Below are positions 30,847-38,005 of a stretch of DNA of 64,000 nucleotides, piece after piece. Source of the stretch: an uncultured beta proteobacterium (GTDB taxonomy: Bacteria; Pseudomonadota; Gammaproteobacteria; Burkholderiales; SHXO01); the NCBI GenBank assembly GCA_963705615.1, contig CAVPKE010000005.1, forward strand, positions 44,839 through 108,838. The letters are read 5' to 3'. The notes under the pieces are model-generated. The model worked only from the letters and a program-made list of their open reading frames with translations. It was not told the DNA's origin and made no database searches. The position numbers and the translations under genes are program-made. Numbering within the stretch: the first letter of the stretch is position 1; each line of letters opens with the position of its first letter.

Positions 30847-31465
30847 ATGTCCGAGACCGCTGTTGATTTCCAACGAATCCATGACAGCTACCGGTCAAGG
30901 ATCCTCCGTTACCTTACCCGCCTCGTAGGAGAGCACGAGGCCGAGGACCTCGCTCAAAACGTCTTTGTGAAGGTGAGCGAAGGGCTCAAGAACCTTTCGC
31001 GGAGAAGCCTCGCTATCCACTTGGATCTATCGAATCGCCACCAACGTCGCGCTCGATAGACTGCGCAGCCGGGCGCCTGAGCAGGGTGCGGTGGTCGCGT
31101 GGAACGATACATCGACCTCCGAAAGCAGCGTCAACGAGGAAGAACGTGAGCTGTTACCTGACCAAGCAGCTCCTTCGGTAGAGACCGAGGTTATCCGTCT
31201 AGAGATGAACGATTGCATCAAGCAGTTCATCGACGAACTCCCCGACAACTATCGAAGCGTGATCGTCCTGAGCGACATCGAGGGATTCAGGAACAAGGAG
31301 ATCGCCGACATTCTGCGCGTGAGCCTCGACACGGTGAAGATCCGACTGCACCGCGCGCGACAGGAACTGAAAAGGAAGTTCGAAACTGGATGTGAGTTCT
31401 ATCGGGATGAGCGAAACGAATTAGCCTGCGACCGCACGTCCAATCTGGACCCTTCGGCGACGTAG
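30847..31465 (+). CDS. ECF sigma-70 factor with C-terminal Cys pair, frameshift near 30995
   Basis: Region 2 EAEDLAQNVFVK...FRGEASLSTWIYRIATN; region 4 LPDNYR.VIVLSDIEG..NKEIA.IL..SLDTVKIRLHRAR; tail CEFYRDERNELACD. Confidence 0.87.
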
Positions 31466-31471
31466 CTCGCC

Positions 31472-31500
31472 TGTATCCTTTTTCCGTCCCAACTCGTCTA
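31472..31500 (+). promoter_or_regulatory. Putative ECF-type promoter upstream of the SHOCT gene array
   Basis: TGTATCC-N16-CGTCTA starting 7 bp after the sigma stop codon; CGTC is a common ECF -10 core. Confidence 0.5.
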
Positions 31501-31597
31501 AAGGGTAGAAAGGAGGCAACCCACTGCCGCGGGCTTCGGATGCGACGGATGACTCGGCCCTTCTTGACGAACGTACGTTTCTCCGAAAGGAGTTGCC

Positions 31598-31849
31598 ATG
31601 GACCCAACTTCGGGAGCTCAGTTCTCTATGTTCTGGATATTCCCCCTTCTCTGCTTGATCTTTATGGTGGCCATGATGTTCATGATGTTTAGACGCGGGG
31701 GTGGCGGCTGCATGCCTTTCGGCCGCGGTGCGGGACCTCGAACTGGTAACGGGCGCGAAACACCAGGCCAGATTGTCGACCGCCGCTACGCAAGCGGGCA
31801 GATCACGAAGGAGCAATACGAGGCGATGCGGCGTGACTTGAACGAATGA
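31598..31849 (+). CDS. SHOCT-domain membrane protein 1 (Met-rich TM helix, 2 Cys)
   Basis: TM segment, then ETPGQIVDRRYASGQITKEQYEAMRRDL; AAGGAG RBS. Confidence 0.82.
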   Translation: MDPTSGAQFSMFWIFPLLCLIFMVAMMFMMFRRGGGGCMPFGRGAGPRTGNGRETPGQIVDRRYASGQITKEQYEAMRRDLNE

Positions 31850-31963
31850 AATCGCTCGGCTTGAATAGGTGGATCCGCTGAATTCTCTTCAACGCCTTTA
31901 GGGCTGGTGCCAGTCCAAGCGGCATGAACGAGTTGTGAGCGATCCGAGCTGAAGGACTCAACT

Positions 31964-32251
31964 ATGGAAGACTATCCGATCAGCCGCTACCCGGTACCGC
32001 GCGTTGACGAGTCGCCCGCCGATATTCGCGACCGAATTGTCGCCGTGCAGGAAAAGCTCGGCTTTATTCCCAATGTGTTCTTGACCCTGGCACATCGCCC
32101 GGACGAATTCCGCGCCTTCTGCGCCTACTTCGACGCACTCATGTTGAAAGAGAGCGGGTTAAGCAAGATAGAGCGAGAGATGATCGTTGTGGCAACGACG
32201 GCTGTAAACCATTGCATCTACTGTGTCGAACCATCGAGAAAGAACCTCTGA
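31964..32251 (+). pseudogene. Peroxidase-related AhpD/CMD-family protein, 3'-truncated
   Basis: PISRYPVP, EKLGFIPNVF..LAHRPDEFRAF..YFDALM, LSK.EREMI.V, NHCIYC, then a stop 8 residues later; family members are roughly twice as long. Confidence 0.72.
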
Positions 32252-32272
32252 TCCATTGATAGGAGAGATGAG

Positions 32273-32455
32273 ATGACTGAGACGACACAAAAGAACGGCA
32301 GTCGTGCGATGCCTGGGTGCTGCTGCGGACCGTCCGGCTGCGTGTCTGAATCGGCACGCGATATTCTGGACCGTCGCTACGCAAGCGGTGAGATCACCAA
32401 GGAACAGTACGAGCAGATGCGGCGCGATCTGGAAGGAACGAAGGAGCCTGCGTGA
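32273..32455 (+). CDS. SHOCT-domain protein 2 (soluble, CCC-x4-C N-terminus)
   Basis: MPGCCCGPSGC, then ESARDILDRRYASGEITKEQYEQMRRDL; AGGAGA RBS. Confidence 0.72.
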   Translation: MTETTQKNGSRAMPGCCCGPSGCVSESARDILDRRYASGEITKEQYEQMRRDLEGTKEPA

Positions 32456-32589
32456 GCAGAATACGGTCCTTGATGACAGCGCGGCGCTAAAAGGGGCTGA
32501 AGGAGTCGCGACCGCTTTGGACATCACCCAATCTGATCCGCCGCCGCTGGGACCACGGCTGATATTACTGTTGGCGAAAGGAGTCCGAG

Positions 32590-32901
32590 ATGGATTGCTC
32601 GCAATGGGCACAATGGTGGGGACCGCACTTCTCCTTCTTCTGGATCATCCCGCTCATCTTCATGATCCTGATGTTCGTCTTCGTGGTCTTTCTGTTTCGC
32701 CACGCTGGAGACTGGCGTGGCGGGGGTTGGCATGGTCACGGTTGGGGGCCGTCCGGCTGGCACGGCCCCGGCCCAGCCTCACAGTCGTGGGGTCAGGAAA
32801 CGCCGCGCCAGATTCTTGATCGGCGCTACGCAAGCGGCGAGATCACCAAAGAGCAGTACGCCCAAATGAAACAGGACATCGAGACCGAAGGCCACGGCTG
32901 A
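32590..32901 (+). CDS. SHOCT-domain membrane protein 3 (Trp/His/Gly-rich linker)
   Basis: TM segment, GWHGHGWGPSGWHG, ETPRQILDRRYASGEITKEQYAQMKQDI; AAGGAG RBS. Confidence 0.82.
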   Translation: MDCSQWAQWWGPHFSFFWIIPLIFMILMFVFVVFLFRHAGDWRGGGWHGHGWGPSGWHGPGPASQSWGQETPRQILDRRYASGEITKEQYAQMKQDIETEGHG

Positions 32902-32930
32902 CACACGAGACGCGTACAAGGAATACCCCG

Positions 32931-33611
32931 ATGACAGCCAGACGGCTCCTCTCATTTGTCTTACTCGTAACCGTGGGGGTCACCGCCGGCCACGGCTTGG
33001 CGCAGCAATCGCAACAGGAGCGGTCTACGCAGCTCACGACTAGCGTGCCGGGCGGGCCGCCTTTCTGGGCTGGCTCTGGGCAATTGTGGTTCGGAGTTCA
33101 TCCCGCAGGGCACGAGCTGACCGTCGATGAGGCGCGCAGCGGCCTCGAGCGTTGGATCGCTCAAAACGGCAATCCCCGATTGAAGTTGGGCAACGTCGGT
33201 GAGAAAGACGACCGTACCATTACGGCGGAGATCGTCACCGTGGACAACTCGCTCGTGCAGAAGCTCGATATCGACCGCCGCACCGGCACGGTGTGGCAGA
33301 TGCAGCGGCCCGACGGCTGGGGTATGTGGCAGCACATGGGACCAGCCCACGGGATGGGCTGGTGGGGCCGAACAGACGGCTGGCAAGGATGGGCCGCGTT
33401 TCACCTCATCGGCATGTTTCTCTTCTTGACCTTCCTGGTGGTCATCGCGGCTCTCATCGCGACGACCTTCAGGGGCAGGAATGCCGGTCGAGGGTGGTGG
33501 AGGGAAGGTCCTTACGCGCCATCATCGCTATACCAGATCAAGACGCGCTACGCGCACGGCGAGATCAGTCGAGACGAGTACCTGCGTCAGAAAGGCGAGC
33601 TGTCGAAGTGA
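32931..33611 (+). CDS. SHOCT-domain protein 4 (signal peptide, periplasmic domain, TM helix, SHOCT)
   Basis: Signal ..GLAQQ, GNPRLKLG.V.EKD..TITAEIVT.DNSLVQKL.IDRRTG, GMWQHMGPAHGMG, TM, IKTRYAHGEISRDEYLRQK. Confidence 0.78.
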   Translation: MTARRLLSFVLLVTVGVTAGHGLAQQSQQERSTQLTTSVPGGPPFWAGSGQLWFGVHPAGHELTVDEARSGLERWIAQNGNPRLKLGNVGEKDDRTITAEIVTVDNSLVQKLDIDRRTGTVWQMQRPDGWGMWQHMGPAHGMGWWGRTDGWQGWAAFHLIGMFLFLTFLVVIAALIATTFRGRNAGRGWWREGPYAPSSLYQIKTRYAHGEISRDEYLRQKGELSK

Positions 33612-33857
33612 GCGCGGCTGACACGCGCAGAAAGCTGGATCAGGTTACTTGGGCCCACGCCAAAGACGTTAGTGCGTAATCGCTCGCCCCGTACGTTCCC
33701 TAAACAGCCAGATCGGAAACGAATGTCCGGTCTTGGCTCGTATCCAGCCGCTCAAGAGGCTAGCCGGCCACTAAAGTCGAACCAAAGACGTGCCCACATT
33801 TATCGTTTCAGGGCAGAATCTGTTTACGTTCAAAAACGAAATACCCGTGATCAGGAT

Positions 33858-34637
33858 ATGAGCAGTCTTACGTTTTCGTTCGCCACTCTTTCGGATGCAA
33901 CCGTCGTGCAGCGGCTCTTATTGAACTGCGGCCTGCCTAACGAGGACGTCCATGAACACCTTGACCACTTCATAGTTGCGAAGGATGGAGCTGAATTGAC
34001 GGGAGTGATCGGGCTACAGCTTTTGGGTCGGACCGCGCTGCTGCGCTCGCTGGCGGTTGATAGCCGGTACCGCAATCGGGGCGTTGGCAAGGCGCTTTAC
34101 GCGAGGCTGCTGGGTTATGCCCATCTCCGGGGGATCACCAAGTTGTACTTGTTGACGCTTAGCGCGCAGGAATATTTTTCCAAGCTTGGGTTCGAGAGGG
34201 TCGATCGCGCTGATGTGCCGCCAGAAATAGGCACGACGGCAGAATTTCGCGACCTCTGCCCAAGCACCGCCGTATGCCTCGCCAAAGACATACAGAACGA
34301 GGCTCGCTATTTTCCGAAAGAGGTACTGCGCCTACGACCGGATATCCCGGGGGCCCGAATGTGGGGCGTCGCGTTGGAACAGACCATGTTGACTTATTTC
34401 GAGGTCGACCCACACAGTCGATTCGAACGACACAGTCACGAAAGCGAACAGATTACGATGGTCTTGAAAGGCGAGCTATTTTTCGAGATGGATGAGGGAG
34501 TCGTTCGAGTCAATGAGGGCGAAGTGATCGCGATCCCCTCGAATGTGCCTCACGCCGTGTTCACGAAAGAGCTCTCGGTTGAAGCGGTTGACGCGTGGTC
34601 GCCCCTGATGGAAAAGTACGACGAGGATCAGGTGTGA
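33858..34637 (+). CDS. arsN2: ArsN2-type GNAT acetyltransferase fused to a cupin domain
   Basis: LL..CGLP.ED, ALLRSLAV..RYR.RG.G, LYLLT..A.EYF..LGF, AEFRDLCP.TAVC; then a cupin with HSH.SEQ and IPSNVPH. Confidence 0.78.
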   Translation: MSSLTFSFATLSDATVVQRLLLNCGLPNEDVHEHLDHFIVAKDGAELTGVIGLQLLGRTALLRSLAVDSRYRNRGVGKALYARLLGYAHLRGITKLYLLTLSAQEYFSKLGFERVDRADVPPEIGTTAEFRDLCPSTAVCLAKDIQNEARYFPKEVLRLRPDIPGARMWGVALEQTMLTYFEVDPHSRFERHSHESEQITMVLKGELFFEMDEGVVRVNEGEVIAIPSNVPHAVFTKELSVEAVDAWSPLMEKYDEDQV

Positions 34638-34673
34638 TACCACGCTTGAATCAGCCCGAACAAAGGGAGTGTG

Positions 34674-35201
34674 TCATGCGGTGCCGGACGACGTGAAAAA
34701 CAGTCCGTCAGCCGGCTTCGCCGACCGGAGAATGAATTGTGCGAGCCCCGGATAATCACCGAGCGCGAATGTCGGCAAGGCAATGTCGAGCTTCGCGTCG
34801 GTCGCGATCGCCACGATGTTTGGATCGGTGGGGTAGAGCGGCGGTGAGTTGTTAGCGAGCCGCCAGACTTCTAGTTTGGGGATTGGCTGCCGCTTGAACC
34901 CTTCAACAAGCACCAAATCGCAAGGAGAAAGGTGCCCGAGCTGCTCGGGCAGCTCAGGCTCAGGCGCACCTCCCAGCTCATGCATCAATACCCACCGCAT
35001 GTCGGACGTCAGCAAAACCTCCCTGGCACCCGCCTGACGTTGGCGCCATGAGTCTTTGCCGGGTCTGTCGACGTCGAAGTCGTGATGCGTGTGCTTGATC
35101 ACCGAGACCGACAGGCCCATCGCCGAGAACAAAGGGATCACGTTCTCGATCACCGTGGTCTTGCCGCTGCCGGAGGGTCCCGCGAAGCCGAAGACTTTCA
35201 T
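34674..35201 (-). CDS. mobB: Molybdopterin-guanine dinucleotide biosynthesis protein B
   Basis: GFAG.SGSGKTT, IKHTHHDFDVD.PGKDS, DLVLVEGFK. Confidence 0.92.
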   Translation of the reverse strand: MKVFGFAGPSGSGKTTVIENVIPLFSAMGLSVSVIKHTHHDFDVDRPGKDSWRQRQAGAREVLLTSDMRWVLMHELGGAPEPELPEQLGHLSPCDLVLVEGFKRQPIPKLEVWRLANNSPPLYPTDPNIVAIATDAKLDIALPTFALGDYPGLAQFILRSAKPADGLFFTSSGTA

Positions 35202-35297
35202 ATGCGCTCTGCCGAGCACTGCTGCGGCCCGAGCCGCGATTGGCCGCGCCGCGCCGGGACTGCCGTATGGCCCGAGCCGCGGACGCACACGTCACCC

Positions 35298-36386
35298 TCA
35301 GGCTGAGGCCGACTCACCGCCGGGCGGGCGCTCGTACCAGCGCTGCGTGCCGTTGACTATCGCGACCACCGACAGCATCACCGGCACTTCGATCAGTACG
35401 CCCACGACAGTGGCGAGCGCCGCGCCGGATTCGAAGCCGAATAGGCTGATGGCCGTGGCCACCGCCAGCTCGAAGAAGTTGCTGGCAGCGATCAGCGCGG
35501 AAGGTCCCGCCACACGGTGCGCGACGCCGAGGCGGCGGTTGAGCCAGTAGGCGAGCGACGAGTTGAAGTAGACCTGAATCGTGATGGGCACCGCCAGCAT
35601 CAGGATGACCAGCGGCTGCGCCAGTATCTGGCTGCCTTGCAATGCAAACAGCAGCACGATCGTCGCCAGCAGCGCAACGATCGAGGCCGGCTGCATGTGC
35701 GCGAGCGCACGTTCCAGCGCCCCAGGACTCCGCCCCAGCAGGATCTTGCGCAGGACTTGTGCGGCGACCACCGGGACCAGGATGTAGAACACCACGGATG
35801 TGAGCAGCGTGTCCCAGGGCACCGTGATCGAGGACAGTCCGAGCAGCAGTCCCACGACTGGCGCGAAAGCGATGATCATGATCGCGTCGTTGAGTGCGAC
35901 CTGGCTCAGCGTGAAATAGGGGTCGCCGCGCGACAGCTGGCTCCATACGAACACCATGGCTGTGCAAGGCGCCGCGGCGAGCAGAATCAACCCGGCCACG
36001 TAACTGTCCAGCTGGTCCGCCGGCAGCCAGGATGCAAATACGTGGCGCACGAAGACCCAGGCGAGCAACGCCATAGAGAATGGCTTGACCAACCAGTTCA
36101 CGCCGACGGTGACCGCGATTCCCCGCCAATGGCGGCCGACTTGGTGCAATGCGCCGAAGTCGATCTTGACGAGCATCGGGACGATCATGACCCAGATCAG
36201 CAAGCCGACCGGGATATTCACGCGTGCGATCTGCATCTGGCCCAGCGCTTGAAACGGCGCAGGGAGAGCCCAACCGAGCGCTATGCCCGTGATCATGCAT
36301 AGCAGGACCCATATTGTGAGCCAGCGCTCGAACCGGCCCAGCGCGGGCTTGCCGGCCGATAGCGCGGCGGATGCGACGCCGTCCAT
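35298..36386 (-). CDS. acr3: ACR3-family arsenite efflux transporter
   Basis: FERWLTIWV, VNWLVKPFSM, AAPCTAMVFVWS, ASNFFELAVA, GVLIEVPVML. Confidence 0.95.
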   Translation of the reverse strand: MDGVASAALSAGKPALGRFERWLTIWVLLCMITGIALGWALPAPFQALGQMQIARVNIPVGLLIWVMIVPMLVKIDFGALHQVGRHWRGIAVTVGVNWLVKPFSMALLAWVFVRHVFASWLPADQLDSYVAGLILLAAAPCTAMVFVWSQLSRGDPYFTLSQVALNDAIMIIAFAPVVGLLLGLSSITVPWDTLLTSVVFYILVPVVAAQVLRKILLGRSPGALERALAHMQPASIVALLATIVLLFALQGSQILAQPLVILMLAVPITIQVYFNSSLAYWLNRRLGVAHRVAGPSALIAASNFFELAVATAISLFGFESGAALATVVGVLIEVPVMLSVVAIVNGTQRWYERPPGGESASA

Positions 36387-36389
36387 CCT

Positions 36390-36900
36390 CTATTGCCCCT
36401 TTTCGCGCAATTTGCCGATGTCGTCGAGCCGACGCTGGAGGCTCAACCGGTCGAGCTTGCTTATCGGCAGGCTGGTGAAGATGGACAGTCGGTTCCGCAG
36501 GCGGTTATAGGCAGTGAAGAAGGCCTTGCGCTTTTCTTCCTCCGAGCCCTCCGCCGCGGCCGGATCCTCGATTCCCCAGTGCGCGTTCATCGGCTGGCCG
36601 GGCCAGATCGGGCAGACTTCCCCGGCAGCCTGGTCGCACACCGTAATCACGAAATCCATGACGGGGGCCCCCGACTGGGAGAATTCCTCCCAGCCCTTGC
36701 TGCGCAAGTCCTCGGTGGGCAGCCGGTTCTTTTGCAGCAGCTCGACGGCGAGCGGATTGACGGCTCCCTTGGGATGGCTTCCCGCGCTGATACGCCTTGA
36801 ACCGCCCCTGGCCCATGCTGTTGAGCATGACTTCGGCCATGATGCTGCGCGCACTGTTCCCGGTGCAGAGGAACAGAACGTTCAACGTCCGGTTCTCCAT
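36390..36900 (-). CDS. arsC: Arsenate reductase (LMW-PTP/thioredoxin type), frameshift near 36792
   Basis: NVLFLCTGNSARS, SAGSHPKG, ITVCDQAAGEVCP.WPG, HWG.EDPA. Confidence 0.92.
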
Positions 36901-36923
36901 AGCGACAGTCTCCGCGCGTGGGC

Positions 36924-37409
36924 TCAGCCGCAGCAGCGGCGATCGGCCGCGACCTCGACGGGAATGCGGGAGGGCTTGGTCGCGGGCGTGCAGCAAGCCG
37001 TCGCTTCGTGTGCGGCAGGGGCGCTGCGATTGTCCTCTCCGAATACCGGCACCGAATCGAGGGTGTGGAAGGTCTCCCACGCGATGCCCTGCGGGTCGGT
37101 GACCCAATACTTGTTCGAGTTCGCGTAGCAGCAGGCTGCACCGGTCTGGTCCAGCGCTGCGATCTCCGCCTGCCCGACCTGCTCGCGCAACGCGAGCCAG
37201 CTCTTCGTCCGAGTCGACTTGGACGCCGAGATGGTCGAGGCCTGCCTTGGCGCCTCGTTTGGACAGGCAAAGTTAATGCGCGGATCGTCCAGCATCCACT
37301 TGGCGTAGTCGCTCTTTAGTACGCTGGGTGGGGTACCGAATACCGTAGAGTAGAAGCGGATGTTAGCGTCCAGGTCGTCAACGGACACATGCACGTGAAA
37401 GCGTTTCAT
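36924..37409 (-). CDS. arsI: ArsI/CadI-family VOC protein (putative C-As lyase), two compensating indels
   Basis: MKRFHVHV.V.DL, DYAKWMLDDP.INFA, LDHLGVQV in an alternate frame, vicinal CCYA.S.KYWVTDPQG.AWETFHT. Confidence 0.83.
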   Translation of the reverse strand: MKRFHVHVSVDDLDANIRFYSTVFGTPPSVLKSDYAKWMLDDPRINFACPNEAPRQASTISASKSTRTKSWLALREQVGQAEIAALDQTGAACCYANSNKYWVTDPQGIAWETFHTLDSVPVFGEDNRSAPAAHEATACCTPATKPSRIPVEVAADRRCCG

Positions 37410-37780
37410 GGGCGGCTCCTTGCGGGTTTGCGTTTGGGTTCGGGCGGGCAGCAGCGGCCGAGCGCGGTCTCGACCACCGTGAGGCACTCCTGCGGCATGC
37501 CCTGACAACAGTTCTGCGTGAGAAACGTCATGAGCGCCGCCATGCGCTCGAAGTCGACGCTGTAGTAGATGAAACGCCCCTCCTGGCGCGAGGACACCAG
37601 GCTGGCGTGGGCGAGTTCCTTGAGATGGAACGAGAGCGTCGCAGCGGGGACGTCGAGCGCCTCGCCGATGCGGCCGGCCGCGACGCCTTCCGGTCCCGCC
37701 TGCACCAGCAGGCGGAAGATCGAAAGGCGCGTCTCCTGCGCCAGCGCGCTGAGCGCCGTTACTGCCTCTGCCGATTCCAT
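37406..37780 (-). CDS. arsR: ArsR/SmtB repressor with C-terminal CC..C As(III) site
   Basis: ALAQETRL.IFRLLVQAGPEG, TLSFHLKEL, GRFI.Y, LTQNCCQG...C. Confidence 0.92.
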   Translation of the reverse strand: MESAEAVTALSALAQETRLSIFRLLVQAGPEGVAAGRIGEALDVPAATLSFHLKELAHASLVSSRQEGRFIYYSVDFERMAALMTFLTQNCCQGMPQECLTVVETALGRCCPPEPKRKPARSRP

Positions 37781-37781
37781 G

Positions 37782-37815
37782 TTTCCATAATTATAGAAAT
37801 ATAGGCTGTTGTCAA
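37782..37815 (-). promoter_or_regulatory. ArsR operator and promoter
   Basis: Imperfect palindrome TTTCCATAATTATAGAAA just upstream of the arsR start codon; TTGACA at 37815-37810 on minus. Confidence 0.6.
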
Positions 37816-37863
37816 GGTCGGGATTGGCAGCACGGCCCGAGGGGTGGTGGACAGTACCGAGGC

Positions 37864-37950
37864 CCGGGATAACGCTCCCATCGCGCTGAGCGGATCCTCG
37901 CCGTAAGCTCGCCCTCGGCCTCGCTCGGATGCGGCTGAACGTTATCCAGG
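37864..37950. other. Inverted-repeat-bounded element (GGATAACG...CGTTATCC), attC-like
   Basis: CCGGGATAACGCTC versus GAACGTTATCCAGG, an imperfect terminal IR of about 13 bp with AAC/GTT cores. Confidence 0.33.
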
Positions 37951-37952
37951 CG

Positions 37953-37984
37953 AAAAGACGCCACCCGCTGGTGCGGGTGGCGTC
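37953..37984 (-). terminator. Rho-independent terminator of aioBA
   Basis: GACGCCACCCGC-TGGT-GCGGGTGGCGTC perfect 12-bp stem followed by TTTT on minus, about 20 bp after the aioA stop. Confidence 0.85.
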
Positions 37985-38005
37985 ATTCAGCAGGACGAAC
38001 GCTCG

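Noticed and set aside
31784-32860. CRISPR or non-coding repeat array from the recurring CGCTACGCAAGCGG
   Set aside because: Copies are 450-590 bp apart and in frame within SHOCT coding regions; no cas genes are present
37195-37270. Novel internal segment in ArsI (CPNEAPRQASTISASK)
   Set aside because: Two compensating indels; the alternate frame gives the canonical SKRGAKAGLDHLGVQVDSDEEL
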